Below are positions 28,702 to 38,378 of a stretch of DNA of 64,000 nt, piece after piece. A program made the position numbers and the translations under genes. Where the stretch lies: positions 1 to 64,000 of the forward strand of contig JAVZNE010000004.1 of assembly GCA_038882975.1 (NCBI GenBank), in the 5' to 3' direction. The first letter of the stretch is position 1, and the number at the start of each line of letters is the position of its first letter. The notes beneath the pieces were generated by a model, which did not search any database, was not told where the DNA came from, and worked only from the letters and a program-made list of their open reading frames with translations. This DNA is from Candidatus Bathyarchaeia archaeon. Lineage in GTDB: Archaea; Thermoproteota; Bathyarchaeia; Bathyarchaeales; Bathycorpusculaceae.

Positions 28702-29994
28702 ATGAGCGCCTACAAAACAGTCCGTGGAATGAGGGACTTCCTACCAGAAGAAGCAAGATTAATGCGGTTTATAGAAGAAAAAGCCAGAGAAACCGCCAAA
28801 CTATATGGATACAAGGAAATAATAACGCCTGTTGTCGAGTCCTATGAACTGGTTGCGGCGAAGGCTGGCGAAGAAGTCCGAGCAAGAATGTATGCCTTTG
28901 AAGATTTGGGTGGGAGAAAAGTTGCCCTAAGACCGGAGTTCACGGCTTCTGTTGCAAGGCTTGTGGCAACAACAATGCGAAACGAGCCCAAACCGTTGAG
29001 GCTGTTCTGCGTGGGAAGCCTCTACAGGTATGACGAACCACAAAAGGGACGCTTCAGAGAGTTTTGGCAGTCAAACTTTGAGCTTATGGGCTCTGAAAAA
29101 CCAGAAGCCGACACCGAAGTTCTATTGCTAACAAACGCTTTAATGAGGGCTGTGGGGTTGAAAAATTACTTCTTCAAAATTGGACACGTCGGCGTTTTAA
29201 GAGGCATCTTAAGCCGCGAAGGACTCGAAGAGGAAACCCAAAACCGCGTCATGCAACTTATGGACAAAAAACAATATGAAGATGCCATAAACATCGTGAA
29301 AGAAGCGGGAGCAACAGACAAGTGCCTAAAAACGCTTCAGATGTTGGTTAACTTAAGAGGGAGCAACACCACAAGCATTTTAGAGGAAATGGAAAAACTT
29401 ACTAAAGGTTATGGAACAGCCTTTGATGCCGTGAAAAATCTTGGAGAAATCCTAAAACTAGTAAAGGAAACAACGAAGGAGCCGAACATAACGGTGGATG
29501 CTGGCTTCGCCCGCGGACTGGAATATTATACCGGAATGATTTTCGAAGTTTACGTCCCAGAACTCGACATTGCGCTGGCTGGTGGGGGAAGATACGATAA
29601 ACTCGTTGAACTGTTTGGAGGCGAACCGACACCAGCCGTTGGGGTTGCTCATGGAATAGACAGAATAATGCTTGCTATGCAAGAGCAGAAAATCAGCCCA
29701 CCAATCGAAGAGGGAAAAAGAGTAATGCTCATTCCAGTTAATGAAAACTTGAACGATGAAGCTTTAAGGATTTCAGAAATGCTAAGGAAAAATGGAATAG
29801 CTGTTGAAACAGAGGTCATGGGGCGGAAAGTGACAAAAGCTTTGGAGGACGCCGACAGAAGAGGCATAAGCCATGTAATTATAGTTGGCGAAAGGGAACT
29901 AAGCGAAGGAGCCGTAGTCTTAAGAGACATGCAACGAAAAGAACAAAGCAAGGTTAAAATAGAAGAGCTAGTCAGCAAAATAAAATCGAGCTGA
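28702..29994 (+). CDS. hisS: Histidine--tRNA ligase
   Basis: RGMRD, LRPEFT, RYDEPQKGRFREF, RGLEYYTG, GGGRYD. Confidence 0.97.
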   Translation: MSAYKTVRGMRDFLPEEARLMRFIEEKARETAKLYGYKEIITPVVESYELVAAKAGEEVRARMYAFEDLGGRKVALRPEFTASVARLVATTMRNEPKPLRLFCVGSLYRYDEPQKGRFREFWQSNFELMGSEKPEADTEVLLLTNALMRAVGLKNYFFKIGHVGVLRGILSREGLEEETQNRVMQLMDKKQYEDAINIVKEAGATDKCLKTLQMLVNLRGSNTTSILEEMEKLTKGYGTAFDAVKNLGEILKLVKETTKEPNITVDAGFARGLEYYTGMIFEVYVPELDIALAGGGRYDKLVELFGGEPTPAVGVAHGIDRIMLAMQEQKISPPIEEGKRVMLIPVNENLNDEALRISEMLRKNGIAVETEVMGRKVTKALEDADRRGISHVIIVGERELSEGAVVLRDMQRKEQSKVKIEELVSKIKSS

Positions 29995-29996
29995 GC

Positions 29997-30488
29997 TTAG
30001 GTTTCTGAAACTCTAGTGTTTCGCTCTCTTCTTAGGAAATCTCCAATATCTAAAATGTTTTTGACGACCACGCCGCTTTTCGCCTTTTCTATGTTTCTTG
30101 CTATTCTGCCAAAGCCGAGGCACTCGTCATAGCGATTAAAAACCAGTGTGTAGGCGCCCTTACTCTTTGAGCCATAAGCCCCCAATATTCCCTCCTTGAA
30201 TATATCTCTGCCACAAACGAAAAGCCAAGCCGCCTTATCATCAACAACCACCCTGTTTTGGGCTTTGTCTGTAATCATATAAAGCAGGGGAAAACTTGGA
30301 TAAAACTTGCCACTATCAATTTTTCCTATATACGTACCCGCAAAAAGCCAGTCGCCGTCTTTTCCAGCCAACTCCTTCAAATTCGGGCTGAGCAAGAAAA
30401 ACTTACCCTTCTTCTTGGCCACCAAACTTTTGTCCAAGCCAAGTTTAGCGCCGAAAAGTCCGGCAAAATCCTCTATAAGCTCCGCCAT
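29997..30488 (-). CDS. Nip7-like PUA-domain ribosome biogenesis protein
   Basis: AWLFVCGRDIF, CLGFG, DIGDFLRRE; downstream of Nop2-like gene. Confidence 0.72.
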   Translation of the reverse strand: MAELIEDFAGLFGAKLGLDKSLVAKKKGKFFLLSPNLKELAGKDGDWLFAGTYIGKIDSGKFYPSFPLLYMITDKAQNRVVVDDKAAWLFVCGRDIFKEGILGAYGSKSKGAYTLVFNRYDECLGFGRIARNIEKAKSGVVVKNILDIGDFLRRERNTRVSET

Positions 30489-30497
30489 AAACTCAGC

Positions 30498-31379
30498 TCA
30501 CCCGCGTTTTTTGAGTTTACAGATAAAAAAGCCCTGAGTTTCACCCGGCCATATGCGGCGGCAATTCCTTACGGAGTTGTCCAGCCTTCTGCCGAAAATT
30601 TCTGTTGGCGCCTCCTCCCCATAACATTCTATTTCCACGGTTTCGAGGTTTAGGTTCTTCACAGCCCAGTCTATGTTTAACTCGTTCTCTTCTGGCTCTA
30701 GGGAGCATGTGGCATAAACTATTTCGCCATCATCCTTTAGAACCCTAGCGGCCTCAGTGAGAATCTCCCTCTGAAGCCTAGCGTTTCGCTTAACATCAGC
30801 TAGCGTTCTCCGCCTAAACCATTCCTTGTCGGTGGCGAAGTTGCCAGAACATGGAACATCAAGCAGCACTCTATCAAACTTTAAACCAAGCCTTGAGGCC
30901 TTTCTAGCGTCCAACCTATAAACAATGGTGTTTTTTACGCGGCACCGCTCCAGCTGGTTCGCTAAGGCTTTAAGCCTATGCATGTTAACGTCCAAAGCCA
31001 CAATAACGCCGGTGTTATCCATCAAATCAGCCAGCTGAACAGTCTTTCCGCCCGGAGCAGCACAAGCATCCAAAACAATCTTGCCCTTTAAATCCGTAAA
31101 TAATGTTGCTGGGATTTGGGCTGCCGCCTCCTGAATAGAGTAATAACCCAAAAGATATTCTACTGTAGCACCAACGGAAAACTCTGAACGGACAACCCAG
31201 TACCCGCCACTGACAAATGGAATTTCCTCAAGCCCAACACCTAAACCCTTAAGACTCTCTACAATGTTGATACCCTTAACGTTCATGGCATTAACCCTAA
31301 TGGCTTGTTTTGGCGTAACATCCCTAAACTCCCAACCCAACAATCGATAACGACTAACAAAAAACTCCTTACCAAACAT
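30498..31379 (-). CDS. RsmB/NOP2-family RNA m5C methyltransferase
   Basis: DACAAPGGKT, LLDVPCSG, YATCS, EENE. Confidence 0.93.
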   Translation of the reverse strand: MFGKEFFVSRYRLLGWEFRDVTPKQAIRVNAMNVKGINIVESLKGLGVGLEEIPFVSGGYWVVRSEFSVGATVEYLLGYYSIQEAAAQIPATLFTDLKGKIVLDACAAPGGKTVQLADLMDNTGVIVALDVNMHRLKALANQLERCRVKNTIVYRLDARKASRLGLKFDRVLLDVPCSGNFATDKEWFRRRTLADVKRNARLQREILTEAARVLKDDGEIVYATCSLEPEENELNIDWAVKNLNLETVEIECYGEEAPTEIFGRRLDNSVRNCRRIWPGETQGFFICKLKKRG

Positions 31380-31558
31380 CAAAAACACAAAAGCCAACAA
31401 ACAATAAAAACTTGACTATAAAGCAACAAGAAAACTAGAGGGGGACTATCAATTTTGCAGTCTCCCACTCAACACAAAATTGACATTTGCTATTAACAAC
31501 ACGGAACATAATGCTTTTTAGGAAAACATGGATAAGAGGATAAACGGAAATTATTTGG

Positions 31559-31633
31559 GCGGCCGTAGTCTAGCCTGGACTAGGACATCAGCCTGCCACG
31601 CTGACGACCCGGGTTCAAATCCCGGCGGCCGCA
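31559..31633 (+). tRNA. tRNA-Gly(GCC), intronless, CCA not encoded
   Basis: Acceptor GCGGCCG/CGGCCGC, anticodon arm TCAGC-CTGCCAC-GCTGA, T-loop GTTCAAATC. Confidence 0.97.
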
Positions 31634-31715
31634 CTTCTGGATTTTTAAATTAAAAAGGCACCTCTATCATTGGGGGTTTGTGTGCATGCAATGGTTCATG
31701 CGTATGCTTAGAGCT

Positions 31716-32327
31716 TTAATGAGCTACGGCTGCTATAGCGGTTATGGTGAAAGGCGCTGCCATTGTTAGAATGAAGCCGCTAGAAAAGGCTGTTATAAGC
31801 GTGTCTTGGCCGCAGTAGCGCACTATTATTGGCAGTGTTGTGTCCATTGATGTTGCGCCGCCCATTGCTATTGGCGCGTACCTATCCAGCTTTACAACCA
31901 GTGATGCAGAGGCTATTGTAACAAGTTCTCTGAGAAGGTTTACTGTGAAGCCAAGGGCGCCCCATTCAAGCCCAAATAGCTGTCCGGCTAATGGTCCGGC
32001 CAGCGTGTACCAGCCATAGCCAGCGCAAACCCCCATGGAGGCGAATATGTTAATTCGAAGGATTATTCCGCCAACAAGCCCTCCCATTATGCTGCCCAAA
32101 GCCACCACCAGCGGAAAAATTAATATTTTAAATTTGGCTTGCCTCATTTTTGCCACCGCCTTTTCATCCATTGCGAAAAGCATGCCCATCAAAAACAGCA
32201 AAGCAATTAACGATAAGTTGAAAGTATATTCGGAGAAAAATGTGTTCAGCTTTGAAAAACCGAAAGTGTTGTTTAAGTAACCGACCAAAATTCCGATGGC
32301 AAGTACGGGCAATACATATTTTATCAT
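31716..32327 (-). CDS. LysO (DUF340) family exporter, large subunit
   Basis: GYGWYTLAG, NLLREL, GGATSMDTTLP. Confidence 0.88.
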   Translation of the reverse strand: MIKYVLPVLAIGILVGYLNNTFGFSKLNTFFSEYTFNLSLIALLFLMGMLFAMDEKAVAKMRQAKFKILIFPLVVALGSIMGGLVGGIILRINIFASMGVCAGYGWYTLAGPLAGQLFGLEWGALGFTVNLLRELVTIASASLVVKLDRYAPIAMGGATSMDTTLPIIVRYCGQDTLITAFSSGFILTMAAPFTITAIAAVAH

Positions 32328-32614
32328 ATTTTCACCAGTTTTCGAGCTGCCACTACAAAGAGTATGCTAAAAAGCAGAGCCATAACCAAAAGCACCAAAG
32401 CATTAAAAGCGACATTTGGCATTATCGCTAAAAGTTTGGTGTTTGAGCCTATTGAAAAGCCCAGAGAGAAAATTAATACTAAAATAACGCCGAGGACAAG
32501 CTTTCCAACATTTAAAAATTTCCTACCCTTAAAATAATAGCCTACTACTATACCAGCGACCAACGGAAGGACAAGCACGGCGATGTTTAGAAGGCTGGTC
32601 ATGTTGGTTGCCAC
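32324..32614 (-). CDS. LysO (DUF340) family small membrane subunit
   Basis: 3 TM helices, LIFSLGFSIGSN; overlaps the start of the large subunit. Confidence 0.75.
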   Translation of the reverse strand: MATNMTSLLNIAVLVLPLVAGIVVGYYFKGRKFLNVGKLVLGVILVLIFSLGFSIGSNTKLLAIMPNVAFNALVLLVMALLFSILFVVAARKLVKI

Positions 32615-32690
32615 CAGACAATAAGCGAACTCAATGAATAGAATTTAACTTTTTCCAAAATCTAAATATATGCGCATATGAAGCCCAGCG

Positions 32691-33452
32691 TTATAGCTCG
32701 TTGAAGCGAATTATGTCTTGAATTTTTCTTTTTGCCTCGCACATGTTTCTTGCTATAACATCTGGTTTCTGTTCGCTTTCGATAAGTCTTTCAATTGGGA
32801 AAAATTGGGAGGAAACGAAGACCGTTTTGATGCCCAACTGCTTCGCACCCTTAATGTCCTCTTCCGGGCTGTCCCCAACATAAAGCGCCTCTTCAGCACT
32901 AACACCAAGCCTTTTTAACGCTTCCTCAAAGATTTTGACGTGGGGCTTCCGCCAACCAACGGCATCCGAAACAAGAATCACGTCGAAAAATCTGCTTAAC
33001 CCAACTCTTCTAACCCCAGCGTATATCACTGGTGCATACGTGAAATTTGAGACAAGACCCAGCTTATAATCCCCAGCCAACATCTTCAAGGTTTGTTTTG
33101 CACACTTCCTAAGCCTAAAAGAACTCAGATAATCCTCAAAGAAAATGTTAACAGCCGTTTTTATGCGAGTGTCTTCCGGGCTTGTCTTAAATCCCAAACT
33201 GTTTAGGGCTTCAGAAATCCATATGGCATTTGTAACCTCGACAAGTTTTTGGTAGCGAATGATGCGATACTTTTCATGGGCTTGGCTGTACGCCTCTAAA
33301 AAGTCTTCTCGGCTCACCTTAAAACCAGCGTTAACAATGGACTTGTAAAGCTTCATTTTGGAAGTTTCCAGATCGTAACCTTTAACGTTCACCAATGTGC
33401 CGATGAAGTCAAACATTATGGCTTTAATAGGTAACAACGGCTTCTTCTCCAT
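32691..33452 (-). CDS. HAD-family hydrolase
   Basis: FDFIGTL, VSN, KPH, YVGDSPEEDIKGA. Confidence 0.9.
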   Translation of the reverse strand: MEKKPLLPIKAIMFDFIGTLVNVKGYDLETSKMKLYKSIVNAGFKVSREDFLEAYSQAHEKYRIIRYQKLVEVTNAIWISEALNSLGFKTSPEDTRIKTAVNIFFEDYLSSFRLRKCAKQTLKMLAGDYKLGLVSNFTYAPVIYAGVRRVGLSRFFDVILVSDAVGWRKPHVKIFEEALKRLGVSAEEALYVGDSPEEDIKGAKQLGIKTVFVSSQFFPIERLIESEQKPDVIARNMCEAKRKIQDIIRFNEL

Positions 33453-33541
33453 CGCTTTGAATTTTCAATATTTTTCTGCAATACTTATTTTCGTATAATA
33501 AGGTTTAGGTATATGTTTAATAATGAAGATAATGGAGTGTC

Positions 33542-33937
33542 ATGTCTTTCAGGGACTATCTTCACGAGAAGGCTGAAGAGTCAAGGCATAATGAGACGGT
33601 GGCTTACTTGATGTTTCTCGCTGGGACAATATTTTTTGTAGGGGGAATCCTTGAAAACTTACTCATAAAAAGTGTAGTTGGAAAGGACCCTGAATGGTTT
33701 CTATTCATTCCTTATTATGCTGTCTTCCACAGCGGAACCGTTCTGGGTTTAGCCCTAATAATTTGTGGTCTAACGCTAATTGTGTATGGGATAACCGCTG
33801 GAATAAGTTATTCTCGGGATAGAGGTTGGTACATGAACGAGCTTCGAAAGGCAAACTCCATAGAAGAAGTTCTGTTGTCCAAGAAGCAGGTTGCAAGCGA
33901 GTCGAAGCAAAAACCAGCAAAGAAAAAGGCCAAATAG
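33542..33937 (+). CDS. Hypothetical membrane protein (2 TM, basic tail)
   Basis: GGAGTG RBS, two hydrophobic helices. Confidence 0.7.
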   Translation: MSFRDYLHEKAEESRHNETVAYLMFLAGTIFFVGGILENLLIKSVVGKDPEWFLFIPYYAVFHSGTVLGLALIICGLTLIVYGITAGISYSRDRGWYMNELRKANSIEEVLLSKKQVASESKQKPAKKKAK

Positions 33938-33938
33938 G

Positions 33939-34667
33939 TTAAAGGAAACTTTTCGAGACAATTTCAGCCAGCTTCTTAGCAAAATTTGTCTCCAAAAGTG
34001 CATTGACGTCTCCAAGCGAGTCCTCAACCTTTGAGTCGAAGGGCAATTCTCCAAGGAAAGAAAAGCCAGCATCTCTCACATTTTTAGATATGAAGGTGTC
34101 TTCCTTAATTTTCATGTTTTCAATAACGCCTACAACTGGAACTCTTAACCCAGCAACGAGCCCCAGTAGCTTTTTAACGGTTTCAAAGGCAAGCGGGGAG
34201 GATGTCGTCACTATAAGGAATCTTATGCCTTTAACAAGCCTAATCAAGTCCAATGTAGTGTCACTTATGCCAGGAGGCATATCTATTATTAGGAAGTCTA
34301 AATCCCCCCATACTGTAGCAGCAAAAAGTTCCATGAGAGCGTTTGAAACGTCCACGCCTCTCAATGGTAGTGCTTTTTCCTTTGAATAGGCGACAATTGA
34401 AATATATTTTAGACCGTGAACTTGCGCTGGAATTATACCCTTCTCCTCCTTTGGCTTAGCATTTTCAACGCCTAAAATCAAGTGGGTTGAAGGGCTTGTA
34501 AAATCTGCGTCAAAAAGCCCAACTTTAAAGCCCTTTTTTGCCAATGTTAGGGCGAGGATGGATGCAACAAGGCTTTTCCCAACACCCCCCTTGCCACTTA
34601 AAACGGCAATTATGTGCTTCACTTTTTCAAGCCTTTTGCTGATGATGCTTTCGCGTGGGTCTATCAT
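33939..34667 (-). CDS. Mrp/MinD-family ATPase, probable ATPase-type HypB partner of HypA
   Basis: SGKGGVGKS, DMPPG, ENM without following CxxC; directly after hypA. Confidence 0.82.
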   Translation of the reverse strand: MIDPRESIISKRLEKVKHIIAVLSGKGGVGKSLVASILALTLAKKGFKVGLFDADFTSPSTHLILGVENAKPKEEKGIIPAQVHGLKYISIVAYSKEKALPLRGVDVSNALMELFAATVWGDLDFLIIDMPPGISDTTLDLIRLVKGIRFLIVTTSSPLAFETVKKLLGLVAGLRVPVVGVIENMKIKEDTFISKNVRDAGFSFLGELPFDSKVEDSLGDVNALLETNFAKKLAEIVSKSFL

Positions 34668-34668
34668 G

Positions 34669-35067
34669 TCATTTGACTCCCCTTATGCTTTCGAGCCATA
34701 CGCCCCTTCCCTGTAAAATTTCGAAGTCGGGACTTCCGCATCTTGGACATTTAATATAGGCGTGAACTGTTTCGGGGACGAAGTGGATGGCCTCGGCTGA
34801 TTCCTCAGCAAGCTTGTCCCTGTTGAAAAACCATTTATGTCCGCAGACTCTGCATTGCAATTTGGCTTTAACAGTTTCTATCGAGAATTTGGCGTTTTTG
34901 AGCTTGTCCATCTTAAGATCTGACAGAGCAAACTCTAAAATGTCTACTTCTACCTGCTGAAGTTCGCCGACTTTTATTTTGACCTCTCTGACCTCTTTTA
35001 ACCCCTCTTTTTCAACTATTTCTGAAACAGAAGAGATTATTGCTTCCGCCAAAGCCCATTCATGCAT
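34669..35067 (-). CDS. hypA: Hydrogenase nickel incorporation protein HypA
   Basis: N-terminal MHE, CRVC and CPRC zinc pairs. Confidence 0.95.
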   Translation of the reverse strand: MHEWALAEAIISSVSEIVEKEGLKEVREVKIKVGELQQVEVDILEFALSDLKMDKLKNAKFSIETVKAKLQCRVCGHKWFFNRDKLAEESAEAIHFVPETVHAYIKCPRCGSPDFEILQGRGVWLESIRGVK

Positions 35068-35187
35068 AGGAAAGCCTCCCACAAAGCCCCATTTAAAAAT
35101 ATTGCAGCAAAATGCCTCTAAACATCTTCAGATGGAACGAAAAATTTTTAAACAATCAGTTTTCCCCATCAAAATTTGGTGATGGCC

Positions 35188-35232
35188 ATGCCAAAGAAGA
35201 AGAAGGAAGAGAAAAAAGAGGAAAAGAAGTAA
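35188..35232 (+). CDS. Possible 14-aa Lys/Glu micropeptide MPKKKKEEKKEEKK
   Basis: GGTGA RBS 5 nt before ATG, TTTTTAAA upstream, T-rich tract downstream. Confidence 0.3.
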   Translation: MPKKKKEEKKEEKK

Positions 35233-35374
35233 AAACCTCCCTTTGACTCCTAAAATGCTTGGCCTTCACCAGTCCACGTTAAACCTCAACGTTTTTTCCG
35301 GCTTCTTTTTCTTTTAATTTAGAAGATGGGAAGTGTTAAATTACAGTGTTTGTTTTGAACTTTCAAGCGTCAAA

Positions 35375-36235
35375 ATGTGTAAAATTAGCCGAGTCGCCAT
35401 AGTTAAAGGTTCAGACCCTATAGAAACAACGGTTAAGGCACTTGAAATGATAAAGGCGGATTCGGAGGGTGTCCTCTCCACCGAAAAGCCCATTTTGATA
35501 AAGCCTAACTACATAACGGCCCAGCACCCGTCAACTGGAGTTACAACAGATGGTAGAGTGGTGGAAGGAGTTGTTAAATTCCTTAAAGAGTATGGCAAAG
35601 ACAATATTATTATTGGTGAGGGAAGCGGCTGGGCAGACACCTTTGAAGCCTTCAAGGTTGCTGGAATAGACAAAATAAGCGAGAAATGGAAGGTAAAACT
35701 CGTTGACCTTAACAAGGACATTTTCGTTGAGGTTTATCCGCCCAGTCCGTTGGCCTTAAGAAAGGTTAAGGTGGCGAAAACAGCCTTGGAAAGCGTGATA
35801 ATAAGCGTTCCAAAACTAAAACTTCACAGGCTCGCCACAGTCACGCTTGGAATAAAGAACATGATGGGAGCCCTAGCCTCAAAGGGAAGCATGCACAACT
35901 GGAAACTCCATGCGAACATTGCAGACTTGGCTTCAGTACTTAAACCAAGCCTAACGGTTATTGATGGAATAATAGCGGGAGAAGGGCATGAAACAAGTGG
36001 AAACCCTGTAAAAATGGATTTGGTTATAGTGGGCACAGACCCCGTGGCTGTTGACGCCGTCGGCTCTGCGCTTATGGGAGTCTCACCAACAGAGGTTGAG
36101 CATTTGGTTTTGGCGGAGAAAAAGGGCCTTGGAACATGCCGACTGGAAAATATAGAAGTCGTCGGAGAGTTCATTGAAAGGGTGAAAAGGAAGTTCCGCA
36201 GATCCATTACTTCAAAGATTCTTGAATATTTGTGA
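35375..36235 (+). CDS. DUF362 domain protein
   Basis: ILIKPN, GVTTD, PKLKLH, TLGIKNMMG, DPVAVD. Confidence 0.88.
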   Translation: MCKISRVAIVKGSDPIETTVKALEMIKADSEGVLSTEKPILIKPNYITAQHPSTGVTTDGRVVEGVVKFLKEYGKDNIIIGEGSGWADTFEAFKVAGIDKISEKWKVKLVDLNKDIFVEVYPPSPLALRKVKVAKTALESVIISVPKLKLHRLATVTLGIKNMMGALASKGSMHNWKLHANIADLASVLKPSLTVIDGIIAGEGHETSGNPVKMDLVIVGTDPVAVDAVGSALMGVSPTEVEHLVLAEKKGLGTCRLENIEVVGEFIERVKRKFRRSITSKILEYL

Positions 36236-36286
36236 AAATTTTAGGAAAAGCTTTTAAGACCTCATCTTCAACGTAAAGGGAAGCCT

Positions 36287-37696
36287 ATGGCTCAAGACTC
36301 TGAAAGCCCACCAGAGCCTAGTGGAATAAGCAAGTACAGAGAAAAAATTGTTGATGGCCCCATTATTCGAACAATTTTTTGGTTGGGAACACCTCCCCTT
36401 GTAAACCAGCTTGTGGTTGTAGCTTATAATGTGGCAGACACTTACTGGCTTAGCGTCTACGGTGAACAAGCCGTGGCTGTGCCGAGGCAGATGTGGCCCA
36501 TTCTAATGCTTTTTCAAGCTCTTGCAAACGCCATCACAACGGCAAGCTTAAGCGTAATCTCGCAGTACGTGGGGAGTAAAGCCTATCGGGAGGCAAGTAC
36601 ATCAGCCTCCCGCTTCTTTACGCTGTCCCTCGTATCTGGCGGCGCCTTGAGCATGCTCCTTTTGGCGCTTAGAAACTCGATTTTCACGATTGTTGTGTCC
36701 ACCCCCGCAGAAATTTTTGAGGATGTTATGAAGTACTCTGGCGTAATAGCCTTTGACGTGCTCTTCAACTACATAGCCCTAACATACACAACAATTCTCC
36801 AAAGTGTAGGAGACACGAGAAGGCCAGCAATCGTTAACGTTATATCTGTCACCATAAACATAGCCCTAGATCCATTCCTTGTTCTGGGCATAGGACCCTT
36901 TCCAAGACTCGGAGTGGTCGGTGCCGCTCTAACAGATGTTATGGGGAAAATAATATCGATAACAGCCTTGACTTACATCCTAAGAAAGTATTACCCAGAG
37001 CTCCGCATAAGGCCTACAAAGGAAATAAACATCCCATGGGCCCGTTTGGTTTTACGTATAGGCTTGCCAATTTTAACGCTGGGATTGACTAACGGCTTCG
37101 CTTTCCTCATGCAACTAAAACTCGTCAATATGCTCGGAATCATAACTGCAACCGCCTTTTCCATAGGCTTTGTAATGATAGACATCGTGGATACTGCGCT
37201 TTGGGGTTTAAGCGGAGCCCCAGCTATAATGATAGGGCAAAGCCTAGGTGCAGAAAACCCAAAAAGAGCCAGAGAAGTAGCCTTCAAGTCAACCATCCTC
37301 ATTTTCGCCCTAATGATGATAAGTGCCGCCATAATATACCCAATTAGAAGAAACTTTGTAGACATCTTCGCAAACGACCCCAACATAATAAATGAGACAG
37401 ACCTTTTCCTCAAAATAATGCTGCCCACGCTCCCATTCTTCGGACTTTTCGCCGTAGCCCTATCCGTCGGGAGAGGCTCTGGACACACAACATTTCCAAC
37501 AAGCTTAGGAATGATGAGACTTTGGGGGATGAGAATAGCTGCAGGCTATTTCATGGCCTTCATTCTCGGCATGGGCTCTATAGGCGTGTGGCTAGCCATA
37601 GCAATAAGCAACATCATAGGCGGAATAATAGCCATACTATGGATAAAATATGGGAACTGGGCAAAGGCGGTCATAAAGCAAGAAAATGGTGGATAA
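36287..37696 (+). CDS. MATE family efflux transporter
   Basis: YNVADT, GDTRRP, NIALDP, GVVGAA; about 12 TM. Confidence 0.92.
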   Translation: MAQDSESPPEPSGISKYREKIVDGPIIRTIFWLGTPPLVNQLVVVAYNVADTYWLSVYGEQAVAVPRQMWPILMLFQALANAITTASLSVISQYVGSKAYREASTSASRFFTLSLVSGGALSMLLLALRNSIFTIVVSTPAEIFEDVMKYSGVIAFDVLFNYIALTYTTILQSVGDTRRPAIVNVISVTINIALDPFLVLGIGPFPRLGVVGAALTDVMGKIISITALTYILRKYYPELRIRPTKEINIPWARLVLRIGLPILTLGLTNGFAFLMQLKLVNMLGIITATAFSIGFVMIDIVDTALWGLSGAPAIMIGQSLGAENPKRAREVAFKSTILIFALMMISAAIIYPIRRNFVDIFANDPNIINETDLFLKIMLPTLPFFGLFAVALSVGRGSGHTTFPTSLGMMRLWGMRIAAGYFMAFILGMGSIGVWLAIAISNIIGGIIAILWIKYGNWAKAVIKQENGG

Positions 37697-37703
37697 TTGG
37701 AGT

Positions 37704-38378
37704 TTAAACTTTGAAAGTTAACATACCATCTTTTAAGGTGTAGATTTCGTCAGCTGCGTCAACAATTTTTTCATCATGAGTTGCAACAATAACCGCTGTT
37801 TTCCTTTCCTTGTTCACGTCCAACAGTAGGTTTATTATCTCTTTTGCGGTTTTAGAGTCCAGTTCGCCTGTAGGCTCATCTGCAATTATAATTTCTGGAT
37901 TGTTTGCCAAAGCTCTAGCTATGGCCACGCGTTGCATTTCACCCATGCTTAGCTCTTTTGGTCTGTGGTGAATTCTTTTGCCTAAACCCACAGCTTCAAG
38001 GAGTTTTAGGGCGTTTTCCCGCTGCTCCCTTTGACTTTTCCCAGCTAAAGCCATTGGAAGCTCAACATTTTCTAGAGCTGTCAAGGTTGGCAGCAAATTA
38101 AAAGTCTGAAAGACAAAACCCATCCTCAAAAGCCTCACCTTCCTACGTTTCACATTTGTCCAATATGAGATGTCTTCACCGTCTATGAAGATTTTGCCGC
38201 CTGTGGGCTTATCATTTAATCCTATAAGGTTTAGGAGGGTGGATTTCCCAGAACCCGAAGGTCCGGTTATTGCTATAAACTTCGCCTCGCCGATTTCAAG
38301 GTTAACGTTGTTGACGGCGATTACCTTTGAACCGCCAGCATAAAAAATTCGTGTTAGGTTAACGGTTTTGATTTCCAT
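37704..38378 (-). CDS. ABC ATP-binding protein (LolD/MacB type)
   Basis: GPSGSGKST, LSMGEMQRVAIARAL, ADEPTGELD. Confidence 0.93.
   Translation of the reverse strand: MEIKTVNLTRIFYAGGSKVIAVNNVNLEIGEAKFIAITGPSGSGKSTLLNLIGLNDKPTGGKIFIDGEDISYWTNVKRRKVRLLRMGFVFQTFNLLPTLTALENVELPMALAGKSQREQRENALKLLEAVGLGKRIHHRPKELSMGEMQRVAIARALANNPEIIIADEPTGELDSKTAKEIINLLLDVNKERKTAVIVATHDEKIVDAADEIYTLKDGMLTFKV

Noticed and set aside
31200-31470. A/C-rich strand bias and a GGGGACT/AGTCTCC hairpin upstream of tRNA-Gly
   Set aside because: The bias is explained by G/T-rich codons of the minus-strand gene, and the hairpin has no supporting motif.
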